Below, piece after piece: positions 15,863-24,488 of a stretch of DNA of 29,284 nucleotides (its first letter is position 1; each line of letters starts with the position of its first letter). A model generated the notes under the pieces. It saw only the letters and a program-made list of their open reading frames with translations. It was not told the DNA's origin and made no database searches. The position numbers were made by a program, and so were the translations under genes. The stretch comes from Gemmatimonadota bacterium (GTDB lineage: Bacteria; Gemmatimonadota; Gemmatimonadetes; Palauibacterales; KS3-K002), in assembly GCA_039586795.1 (NCBI GenBank), contig JBDHJS010000044.1, forward strand, positions 1-29,284, read 5' to 3'.

Positions 15863-18508
15863 TCACTGCCTCGTTCGTTCCTTCAATTCATCGAACCAGT
15901 TGAACACCATGATCACCTGCTGTGCTTCACCGACGCTGCGAATGAACACGAAGGTCTCGTCATCCGGCATGACGTCGTACCCTGTGTGGTTCGTGTTGGG
16001 CAGGTAAGACCCCGTCGAGAAGAGTTGGACTCGGCTTCCCACGGTGAGCGAAGAATCGGAGCGAACCTCGACAGCGACGAGGTGGGTACCGCTTCGATAG
16101 AACAGCTCGCGCCCGCTGTGGGCCCAGCGGGGCTCCGATCCTCCCCCAGACGAGACCTGCCGCCGGCCGCCCGGGCCCGGGAACGGACGGATGTACACCT
16201 CATCTCGACCCGATTCTGTGGAGGCGTACGCGAGCCAGCGGCCGTCGGGCGAGAGTGTCGGGGACCGTTCCATGAAAGGAGTCGTAAGCAGCTCCATGGG
16301 CGGATCGCTTGATCCGATCTCCAGGGCCGCGAGATTGGCGTTCTGCCCACGGCCTCGATCACCTTGCCGCAGAACGAGCCATTGACCATCGGGCGACCAG
16401 ATCCCCTCGACCTGCGACTGGGGCAACTCGGCAAAAGCCCGTGCGACGCCACTGCCATCCGCGGCTTTCACGAAGATGTTGCGGTCGGCGCTGGCCACGG
16501 CGCTTCGCGAGAACGAGACCATCCGGCCGTCTGGCGTCCACTCCGGATAGATGTCGAACCCCTCGAATGTGAGACGCGACATCGTCGAGTCGCTGAGGTT
16601 GTAGATCCAAATGTTGTTCCCTCCCGAGGCCCGGACTTCCAACGCAAGGTAGCGGCCATCCGGGGAGACCCGTGGGTAGAGCACCGACGGCTCGTTCGTC
16701 GGGAATAGCCGCTCGTTTCCAGCACGGTCGACCAGCGCGATGCCAAACTCTCCGCTGCTCACTCCATAGATCAGCGTGCCGTTCTGTGCCAACGCGAATT
16801 CGGCCTCGCCAAACGTCTTGACCGGGATGTTCTCCATGAGGGCGACAGGCGAGCCGGTAACCTCGAGCTTGTCATCGTCGAACGGTACAGCGAGGAGCGC
16901 GCCATCAGCGCGGGCGTAAATCAGATGCCCGGAGGACGCATAGCGTGCGTACACGCCTCCAACAAGCACCCGGGCTTCGCCAGTACGACTGTCGAACACG
17001 GCAATATTGGAGTCGTCGAGCGGGAAACGCAGCGACGTGTAGATCACGCCGCGGCCACCGGGAAGAACTTCCGGCCAGAAATGACCGAATTCGGCGGAGC
17101 CGGTGTCCGGCCGGGTAAGCCGTTCGACGGTGCCGCCCGCCTCGGGAACGCGCGCGATCCCGCCGCCCGCATGCACGAAATAGATCGAGCCATCCGTGCC
17201 CCACGACCCCGAAGAGGCAGCGGAGTCAGCGACGGTTACCGGCGGTCCACCGATGATCGCAACTCGCTTGATCTGCGATTGATCGGCGAGAAAACCGATG
17301 TGCTGGCCGTCGGGGGAGAAGAAAGGGACGAGACCGTCCTCGGTTCCCGAGAGTGGGTTGGCACCAAGTTGCGACAGGCGCCGCACGGCGAACGGTGTCC
17401 CGCCGCCTTCAGCTGCCACACGGTAAACAAGTAGAGAGCCATCCGGCGAGAGCGCCACCGACGGACCGAACGGTGTCCCCGAGAAGTCCGGCAATGTCAC
17501 CGTGAGGCGTACGGGTTCCGGAGCCGGCGCCTCGGGTCGCAGCAGGGCAAGCAGCACGACGGGTAGCAACAGGGCCGCCAGCGCCGTGGTCGCTATGCTG
17601 AGCGGATTCCAGAGCGACGGCGCCGGGCGGGCGGCGTCGGCCGCCGCCGCCGCCACCGGGAAGGTGAACGACGCGTTGCCGAGCGCCTCGGAGAAATTCG
17701 CGGCCGAGGTGAAGCGGTCCGCCGGCAGCTTGGCCAATGCCTTCTGGATCGCCGCGTCCACGTGGGGCGAAACTGTCTCCCGCGTCCGGGTCACGGGCGG
17801 CGCCTTCTCGGTGATCACCTTGGCCACGATCGCCTGGGCCGTGCTCCCCGTGTACGGCGGATCGCCGGTCAGCATCTCGTACAGCATGGCGCCCAACGAG
17901 TAGACGTCGCTCCTCGCGTCCACTTCGCGGTCGCCCATCGCCTGCTCGGGGCTCATGTACTGCGGCGTCCCGATCGACAGCCCGGTCTCGGTCAGCCGGC
18001 TGCCGCCCGCCTGGCTCACCGCCAGCGCGATCCCGAAGTCCGCCACCAGCGCCTGACCGTCGTGGATCAGAATGTTCTCCGGCTTGATGTCGCGGTGGAT
18101 GACGTTCTGCCGGTGCGCGTAGTCGAGGGCCGCCGCCAGACTCCGCGTGATCTCGACCGCCTCATCGATGCTCAGTTGCTTCTCCCGCTCCAGCTTGTCG
18201 CGCAGCGTATCGCCTTCCACGTACGGCATGACATAGAACAGGAACGTGTCCGCCTCGCCCGAGTCGTAGAGCGGCAGGATGTTCGGGTGCTGCAGGTTGG
18301 CGGTGACCTTGATCTCGTTCAGGAAGCGCTCGGCGCCGATCACCGCCGCGAGCTCCGGCCGCAAGACTTTGAGCGCCACCTTGCGGTCGTGCTTGATGTC
18401 GTGGGCCAGGTAGACGATGGCCATGCCGCCAGCGCCCAGCTCGCGCTCGATGCGGTAGCGGTCGGCGATGGCTGCCGTCAGTCGTTCCGTGATTTCAGAC
18501 AAATTCAT
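15863..18508 (-). CDS. K3: Ser/Thr protein kinase, single TM, TolB/PD40-like beta-propeller
   Basis: 881 aa with all Hanks motifs and a GGGAG RBS; ends VFNWFDELKERTRQ. Confidence 0.94.
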   Translation of the reverse strand: MNLSEITERLTAAIADRYRIERELGAGGMAIVYLAHDIKHDRKVALKVLRPELAAVIGAERFLNEIKVTANLQHPNILPLYDSGEADTFLFYVMPYVEGDTLRDKLEREKQLSIDEAVEITRSLAAALDYAHRQNVIHRDIKPENILIHDGQALVADFGIALAVSQAGGSRLTETGLSIGTPQYMSPEQAMGDREVDARSDVYSLGAMLYEMLTGDPPYTGSTAQAIVAKVITEKAPPVTRTRETVSPHVDAAIQKALAKLPADRFTSAANFSEALGNASFTFPVAAAAADAARPAPSLWNPLSIATTALAALLLPVVLLALLRPEAPAPEPVRLTVTLPDFSGTPFGPSVALSPDGSLLVYRVAAEGGGTPFAVRRLSQLGANPLSGTEDGLVPFFSPDGQHIGFLADQSQIKRVAIIGGPPVTVADSAASSGSWGTDGSIYFVHAGGGIARVPEAGGTVERLTRPDTGSAEFGHFWPEVLPGGRGVIYTSLRFPLDDSNIAVFDSRTGEARVLVGGVYARYASSGHLIYARADGALLAVPFDDDKLEVTGSPVALMENIPVKTFGEAEFALAQNGTLIYGVSSGEFGIALVDRAGNERLFPTNEPSVLYPRVSPDGRYLALEVRASGGNNIWIYNLSDSTMSRLTFEGFDIYPEWTPDGRMVSFSRSAVASADRNIFVKAADGSGVARAFAELPQSQVEGIWSPDGQWLVLRQGDRGRGQNANLAALEIGSSDPPMELLTTPFMERSPTLSPDGRWLAYASTESGRDEVYIRPFPGPGGRRQVSSGGGSEPRWAHSGRELFYRSGTHLVAVEVRSDSSLTVGSRVQLFSTGSYLPNTNHTGYDVMPDDETFVFIRSVGEAQQVIMVFNWFDELKERTRQ
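17526..18502 (-). repeat. Kinase+TM coding block of K3, near-identical to 12038-13014 in K1
   Basis: See the partner copy; similarity ends abruptly after RPEAPAP. Confidence 0.9.
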
Positions 18509-18534
18509 TCACTCCCACCAGATGGTAATACCTG

Positions 18535-18612
18535 TCAGCGATCCATCCGCGACTTTAGCTCCTCGAACCAGTTCAGCACGAGCACAAGGTCCGTGTGTTG
18601 CTGGCCTGCCGT
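18535..18612 (-). pseudogene. C-terminal remnant of a kinase-propeller paralog
   Basis: Reads (T)AGQQHTDLVLVLNWFEELKSRMDR*, the family C-terminal motif. It begins with ACG 1 nt after the upstream TAG, possibly a decayed ATG. Confidence 0.85.
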
Positions 18613-18613
18613 G

Positions 18614-18787
18614 CTATTGCAGCCTCTGCTCTAGATCCGTAAACCAGTTCTGCACCCACACGACCCGCGGCGCGCGCTCGCCGTTCACCGTCCGGCGCCG
18701 TGCGATGAACACGAACTCGCTGCCGTCGGGTGTGACGTCGAAGCTCTGATGGAACGCATCGAACTCGAAACCCGATGCATCGCTCAT
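18614..18787 (-). pseudogene. Collapsed paralog: 57-aa ORF made of a start plus the last propeller blade and C-terminal motif
   Basis: MSDASGFEFDAFHQSFDVTPDGSEFVFIARRRTVNGERAPRVVWVQNWFTDLEQRLQ*. The ATG overlaps the K4 stop (ATGA). Confidence 0.88.
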
Positions 18788-21456
18788 CGGCCGGTCCGCT
18801 CCTTCAGCTCCTCTGTCCAGTTGAGCACCAGCACGACGTTCGTCTCGGCACTCTTTTCCTGCCGCAGCATGATGAGGCGCCGGCCGTCGGCGGTTATATC
18901 GTAGGTCTGGTGGTACGACTCGCCCTCGGTGCTGACCGAGGAGAACAGCAGCTGGGGCGCGCCCGCCTGGAATCCCGCTCCCGCCCCGATCTCGACCGCG
19001 GCGATGTCGCCGCGCCGCGTGCGGAAGAACAGCCGGCCCCCGCCCTGCGACCACACCGGCTCGGAGGCGCCGTCCACCGACACCTGCCACTTGGCCCGGT
19101 CGGCGTCGGGGAACGGACGCACGTACACCTCGGGCCGCCCCGACTCGGTCGAGACGTAAGCCACCCACCGCCCGTCGGGCGAGACCGCCGGCGAGTACTC
19201 GTCGAACGGGGAACCGGCGACGAGCTGCGGCACACTGTCCACACCGGGCCGGATCGCTTGGATGTCACGCGTGTTGGTGCCGCCGCTACCGGTGCGGTAC
19301 ACCAGCCACCGTCCGTCGCGCGACCACACCACCTCGTCGATCTGCCGCTCGTCTTCCAGCAACAGCTGGGCGGCCGCGCTCCCGTCGGCGCGCTTGATCC
19401 AGGCCTGGTACTCGCCCGAGCGGTTTGAGATGAACGCAATCGACCGCCCATCAGGCGCCCAGGCTGGGCGGTAGTTGTTCGAGCCCTCGAACGTGAGGCG
19501 CGTGAGCGGGCCCGCGTCGAGCCGTTTGACCCAGATGCTCTCGTCCCCGGCGCCGGCGTAGAGGCTCACGGCCAGCAGCGATCCGTCGGGCGAAAGCGCC
19601 ATGCTGCTGAAGTCGCCCCGCCACGTGGAGTCCACCGGCTGCTCGGTGCCGTCCAGCTCGACCCAGACCGTCTGCTCGCTGTTGGCGCCGACGCCTTCCT
19701 GGTACAGCAGCGTGCCGCTCGGTGACAGGGCGACCTGCGGCGAGATGCTGAAGTTCTCGACCCGCACGCCGTCGAGCAGCGCCACCCCCGGCGAGGTCAG
19801 CTCCATGAGCTCGGGATCGAACGGCGCGAGCAGCAGCGTGCCGTCCTGCGTGCCGTACAGGATCCGGTTGGGATGCAGGTAGCGCGCGTAGATGCCCTGG
19901 GTGAGCACCCTGGCCTCGCCGGTCTCGAACGAGACGATGCCGATGTCGGTCGACCCGGCCGAGCCGCGGAACACCTGGATCAGCGCCCGCTTGCCGTCCG
20001 GCAGCACGTCGGGGAAGTTGTGCTCGCGGTCGTTGCGTGTGGTGTCGAGCACGCTGAGGCGCTCCACTGCGCCGCCGCCGGCCGGGACCCTGGCGAGCTC
20101 GCCGGAGCCGATCGCGAAGTAGACCATCCCATCGGGCGCCCACGTGCCGCCCCACGGGTTGGCCGAGTCGGCGACGATGGTCTGCGGCGGTCCCCCGTCG
20201 ATCGGGATCACCCTGAGGTCACCCGGCCGGCCGGCGAAGAACCCCACGATACGGCCGTCGGGCGAGAAGAAGGGCGCCTGCGCGCCTTCGGTGCCTGGGA
20301 GCGGTCGCGCGTGCAGGTCGTCCAGCTCCCGCAGCCAGAGTTGCTGCATGGAGGCGGCGGACGGTCCGGTGTAGACGATGCGGGATCCGTCGCGCGAGAT
20401 CGCGAAGCGGTGCGTCGCAGCCGGCGCCGGGGCCTCGTCCTCCGGGAAGGCCATGCTGACCCGCACTACGGGCCGCGGCTCCGAGCGCAGCCAGCCCCAC
20501 ACGGCCGCGATTGCGAGCACCACCGCGGCGGCGCCCAGACCGAGCGCCGCTCCGCGCCAGCGCCTATGTTCCGCCCCCGCTGCGGCCGTGGGTGCGTCGG
20601 CGAGCGTGGCCGCCCCCGTGAACCCGGCGTTCGTGAGCGCGGTCGCGAACTCCGCCGCGCTGCCGAAGCGGTCCGCCGCCAGCTTCTGCAGCGCCTGTTG
20701 CACCGCCGCCGCCACGTGCGGCGGCACCGTCTTGCGGCTGCGAGTGAGCGGCCGCGGATCCTCGGTGAGGATCTGCGCCACGATGGCCTGCGCGGTGGAG
20801 CCCGTGTGCGGCGGATCGCCGCTCAGCATCTCGTACAGCATGGCGCCCAGCGAGTAGACGTCGCTGCGCGCGTCCAGCTCGCGGTCGCCCATCGCCTGCT
20901 CGGGGCTCATGTAGTGGGGTGTCCCGACGCTGAGCCCGGTCTCGGTCAGCCGGCTACCGCCCGCCGCACTCACCGCCAGCGCGATGCCGAAGTCGGCGAC
21001 CAATGGCTGCCCGTCGTGGATGAGCACGTTCTCCGGCTTGATGTCGCGGTGGATCACGCCCTGGCGGTGCGCGTAGTCCAGCGCCGCCGCCACACCGCGC
21101 GTGATCTCGACCGCGTCGTCGATGCCCAGCTGCTTCTCCCGGTCCAACTTGTCGCGCAGCGTGTCACCCTCCACGAATGGCATCACGTAATAGAGGAACG
21201 TGTCTGCTTCGCCGGAATCGTGGAGTGGCAGGATGTGCGGGTGCTGCAGGTTGGCGGTGACCTTGATCTCGTTCAGGAAGCGCTCGGCGCCGATCACGGC
21301 AGCCAACTCCGGCCGCAGAACTTTGAGCGCGACCTTGCGATCGTGCTTCACGTCGTGCGCCAGGTAGACCGTCGCCATGCCGCCGGCGCCGACCTCTTCC
21401 TCGATCACGTAGCGATCGGCAAGTGCGACTTTCAACGCTTCGGTGATGCTCTTCAT
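18784..21456 (-). CDS. K4: Ser/Thr protein kinase, single TM, TolB/PD40-like beta-propeller
   Basis: 890 aa with all Hanks motifs and an AGGAG RBS; ends VLNWTEELKERTGR. Confidence 0.94.
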   Translation of the reverse strand: MKSITEALKVALADRYVIEEEVGAGGMATVYLAHDVKHDRKVALKVLRPELAAVIGAERFLNEIKVTANLQHPHILPLHDSGEADTFLYYVMPFVEGDTLRDKLDREKQLGIDDAVEITRGVAAALDYAHRQGVIHRDIKPENVLIHDGQPLVADFGIALAVSAAGGSRLTETGLSVGTPHYMSPEQAMGDRELDARSDVYSLGAMLYEMLSGDPPHTGSTAQAIVAQILTEDPRPLTRSRKTVPPHVAAAVQQALQKLAADRFGSAAEFATALTNAGFTGAATLADAPTAAAGAEHRRWRGAALGLGAAAVVLAIAAVWGWLRSEPRPVVRVSMAFPEDEAPAPAATHRFAISRDGSRIVYTGPSAASMQQLWLRELDDLHARPLPGTEGAQAPFFSPDGRIVGFFAGRPGDLRVIPIDGGPPQTIVADSANPWGGTWAPDGMVYFAIGSGELARVPAGGGAVERLSVLDTTRNDREHNFPDVLPDGKRALIQVFRGSAGSTDIGIVSFETGEARVLTQGIYARYLHPNRILYGTQDGTLLLAPFDPELMELTSPGVALLDGVRVENFSISPQVALSPSGTLLYQEGVGANSEQTVWVELDGTEQPVDSTWRGDFSSMALSPDGSLLAVSLYAGAGDESIWVKRLDAGPLTRLTFEGSNNYRPAWAPDGRSIAFISNRSGEYQAWIKRADGSAAAQLLLEDERQIDEVVWSRDGRWLVYRTGSGGTNTRDIQAIRPGVDSVPQLVAGSPFDEYSPAVSPDGRWVAYVSTESGRPEVYVRPFPDADRAKWQVSVDGASEPVWSQGGGRLFFRTRRGDIAAVEIGAGAGFQAGAPQLLFSSVSTEGESYHQTYDITADGRRLIMLRQEKSAETNVVLVLNWTEELKERTGR

Positions 21457-21497
21457 CTAGGCTCCTGCCTTGGGAGGCGCGATATGATCTCGCTCAT
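21453..21497 (-). pseudogene. Collapsed paralog: N-terminal remnant micro-ORF (14 aa)
   Basis: MSEIISRLPRQEPR*, where MSEIISRL matches K2 MSEITDRL. Starts 1 nt after the K5 stop, and its TGA overlaps the K4 ATG. Confidence 0.7.
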
Positions 21498-21498
21498 G

Positions 21499-24168
21499 CT
21501 AGCGCTCACCCTTGAACCGGCCCTCGATTTCCTCGAACCAGTTCTGCACGAGGATGAGGTTGGCCTCCGCTCCCTGGGCGGAGAGCTTCGTCAAGATCAG
21601 CCGCTCGCCGGACGGGTGCACCGCGAAGGAGGGATGGTAGGCGTCGAGGCTAAATGCCGATGCCGAGAACAGCATCTCCTGTTGTCCCACCGCGAACGGG
21701 TTGTGGGATGCGACGGCCGCCACCATGAGGTCGCCCGACCCGTCCACGTAATAGAGCCGGGACCCGTCGGGCGACCACACCGGGGTGTTTCCCCCGCGCA
21801 CCGAGACCTGCCACCTGGCGTCCCCGGTATTCGGAAACGGGACGACGAGGACCTCCGACTGACCCGACTCCGTCGAGACGTACGCGAGCCAGCGGTCGTC
21901 GGGTGAGAGCGCGGGCGCGAACTCGTCGGCCGGTGTGGCCACCAGCTCCTGCAGCACACTGTCCACCCCCAACCGCAATCCGACGATGTCACGCACGCCG
22001 TCGGTGCCGCCGACGCGGGCGACAAGCCAACGGCCGTCGCTCGACCAGAAGAACTCTTCCACCCCCAGCGGATGCTCCAGCAGCACTTCGTCCTGGCCGC
22101 CGCCGTCCGCCCGCCGCGCGATGGCGCGCTTGGGCCCGATGCCGCCCTCGCGGTTCGAGATGTAGCCGACCCGTCGTCCGTCGGGCGTCCAGACCGGACG
22201 CTCGTTGAAGCTCCCCTCGAAGGAGAGCCGTGACGCCGGGCCGCGATCGAGCGCCTTGACCCAGATGTCCTGTGAGCTACCCGCCGAGAGTGCCACCGCC
22301 GCCTGCCGCCCGTCGGGCGACAGCGCGGGCACCCCGAAGAAGCCGGCCCATTCGGGGTCTATGTCGGTCGAGACGCCGCGCAGGTCCGTCCAGGCGAGCG
22401 TGAGACCGCCGGCCGCGCCGCGCCGGTAGATCAGCGACCCGGAGGCGGAGATCGCCATCTCGGGCACGATGCGGATCTGCGTGCGGACTCCCTCCGCTAC
22501 CGGGACCGCGGCTCCCGTGATCTCGGCCCGGTCTGCATCGAAGGGTGCCGCGAACACCGCGCCCTCGCGGTTGGCATAGGCGATGTGCCCGGTGGGCAGG
22601 TACCACGCGCGGGCCGCATCCTCGATCAGCGTCCGGAACGAGCCGTCCGCCAGGTTCATCACGATGATCTCCATCGTGCCGCACGATGGGCTGCACGAGG
22701 TGACCAGCGCCTGCCTCGAGCCCGGCAGGCCATCGGGGAAGAAGTACCCGCCTTGCCCGCTGTCTCGGACAGCCACCAGACTCGGCGTGCCGCCCGCGGA
22801 CGGCATGCGATACAAGCCCCAGTTGCCGTGGACGAACAGCATGTTGCCATCGTCCAGCCACGCCATTCCCGGCAGCGTGGAGTTGGCCGAGTCCGCCAGC
22901 GTGATGGGCGGTCCACCGGTCACCGGCACCTTCTTCACGCGCTGATCGGCCACGAAGGCGATCCACCGCCCGTCGGGGGACATGCGGGGTGACATGGCAC
23001 CCTCGGTACCGCCGAGTGCCACCGGCTCCAGCCGATCGAGGGTGCGGAGCCAGAGCTGCCGATTCCGCTCCCCCGGTCCGACGAACGCGTACTGCTGTCC
23101 GTCGGGCGCGATGTCGATCGGCGTGCCGAACAGGGGAGGAATGGCGTACTCCGACGCCACCGCCAGCTCGAAGCGCTGCACCGGCGACGCCGGTCGCTTC
23201 AGCGCCTGGAGCCACCCGGCCGCCGCGATGGCCACCGCGAGCACGAGCGCCCCCGCGAGGCCGAACAGGCGCCAATCGCGCCTGCCCGTGGCCGCGCTCG
23301 GGGCCGCCTCGGGGTGCGAAACGGTCGCCACCAGCCCGGGCTTGGTCAGCGCCTCCGCAAAGTCTCCCGCCGAGGCAAACCGGTCCGCCGGCAGCTTGGC
23401 CAGCGCCTTGGTGATCGCCGCCGCCACGTGCACCGGCGCCGTGTCGCGGTGCACCGTCACCGACGGCGCCTTCTCCGTGATCACCTTCGCCACGATCGCC
23501 TGCGCCGTACTGCCCGTGTACGGCGGATCCCCCGCCAACATCTCGTACAGCATCGCGCCGAGACTGTACACGTCGCTGCGCGCATCCAGCTCGCGATCCC
23601 CCATCGCCTGCTCGGGACTCATGTAGTGTGGCGTTCCGATCGAGAGGCCGGTTTCGGTGAGTCGCGTGCCGCCTGCGTGGCTCAAGGCCAGCGCAATCCC
23701 GAAGTCGGCGATCAGCGGCTGCCCGTCGTGCAGCAGGATGTTCTCCGGCTTGATGTCCCGGTGAATCACCTTCTGGCGGTGCGCGTAATCCAAGGCCGCG
23801 GCCACGCTGCGCGTGATCCCCACCGCATCATCCACCCCCAGCTGCTTCTCCCGCTCAATCTTGTCCCGGAGCGTCTCCCCCTCCACGTACGGCATCACGT
23901 AGTAGAGGAACGAATCCGCCTCCCCCGAATCGTGCAGCGGGAGAATGTGCGGATGCTGCAGATTCGCCGTCACTTTGATCTCGGCCAGAAACCGCTCCCC
24001 CCCGATCACCGCCGCCAGCTCGGGGCGCAGCACTTTCAGCGCGACCTTACGGTCGTGCTTCACGTCCTGGGCGACATAGACCGTCGCCATGCCGCCCGCC
24101 CCGATCTCCTGCTCGATCATGTAGCGGCCGTCCAGCGCCGCCTTCAACGCTTCGGCAATGCTGGTCAT
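21499..24168 (-). CDS. K5: Ser/Thr protein kinase, single TM, TolB/PD40-like beta-propeller
   Basis: All Hanks motifs present. Start placed at ATG 24168 (MTSIAEAL, after GGGAGAG) by alignment with paralogs; ends VQNWFEEIEGRFKGER. Confidence 0.93.
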   Translation of the reverse strand: MTSIAEALKAALDGRYMIEQEIGAGGMATVYVAQDVKHDRKVALKVLRPELAAVIGGERFLAEIKVTANLQHPHILPLHDSGEADSFLYYVMPYVEGETLRDKIEREKQLGVDDAVGITRSVAAALDYAHRQKVIHRDIKPENILLHDGQPLIADFGIALALSHAGGTRLTETGLSIGTPHYMSPEQAMGDRELDARSDVYSLGAMLYEMLAGDPPYTGSTAQAIVAKVITEKAPSVTVHRDTAPVHVAAAITKALAKLPADRFASAGDFAEALTKPGLVATVSHPEAAPSAATGRRDWRLFGLAGALVLAVAIAAAGWLQALKRPASPVQRFELAVASEYAIPPLFGTPIDIAPDGQQYAFVGPGERNRQLWLRTLDRLEPVALGGTEGAMSPRMSPDGRWIAFVADQRVKKVPVTGGPPITLADSANSTLPGMAWLDDGNMLFVHGNWGLYRMPSAGGTPSLVAVRDSGQGGYFFPDGLPGSRQALVTSCSPSCGTMEIIVMNLADGSFRTLIEDAARAWYLPTGHIAYANREGAVFAAPFDADRAEITGAAVPVAEGVRTQIRIVPEMAISASGSLIYRRGAAGGLTLAWTDLRGVSTDIDPEWAGFFGVPALSPDGRQAAVALSAGSSQDIWVKALDRGPASRLSFEGSFNERPVWTPDGRRVGYISNREGGIGPKRAIARRADGGGQDEVLLEHPLGVEEFFWSSDGRWLVARVGGTDGVRDIVGLRLGVDSVLQELVATPADEFAPALSPDDRWLAYVSTESGQSEVLVVPFPNTGDARWQVSVRGGNTPVWSPDGSRLYYVDGSGDLMVAAVASHNPFAVGQQEMLFSASAFSLDAYHPSFAVHPSGERLILTKLSAQGAEANLILVQNWFEEIEGRFKGER

Positions 24169-24256
24169 CAACTCTCCCACGTTCTGCTTCCCGGTATCAC
24201 TCGGCTGCTGATGTGGCCCTCGAGGCGCGCAACCCGGACGGAGCTGTCTGTCATGC

Positions 24257-24488
24257 TCAGCGGCCCTCCATCTTCGTCTTCAATTCCTCGAACCAGTTCT
24301 CCTGGACGAAGCGGTCGGCGCCCAGGTTCGGCGGCCAGCTCCGGACGCAGCACCTTAGCCGCGACCTTTCGCTTGTGCTTCAGGTCTTCGGCCAGGTAGA
24401 CCGTCGCCATGCCGCCGGCGCCGAGCTCCAGCTCGACGGCGTAGCGATCGGCGAGGGCGGCGGAGAGGCGGGAGATGTTGTCATTCAT
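24257..24488 (-). pseudogene. Collapsed paralog: kinase N-terminus fused to the C-terminal motif, with a 1-nt frameshift
   Basis: MNDNISRLSAALADRYAVELELGAGGMATVYLAEDLKHKRKVAAKVLRPELAAE [+1 nt] LGADRFVQE|NWFEELKTKMEGR*; 232 nt = 77 codons + 1. Confidence 0.92.

Noticed and set aside
19873..21906. 677-aa plus-strand ORF, and similar long ORFs at 6552-7676, 13056-13982, 17762-18634, 23314-24399 and 26531-27214
   Set aside because: They lie antisense to well-supported genes and have no recognisable motifs. They are typical shadow ORFs of high-GC codon usage, and several recur only because the kinase genes repeat.
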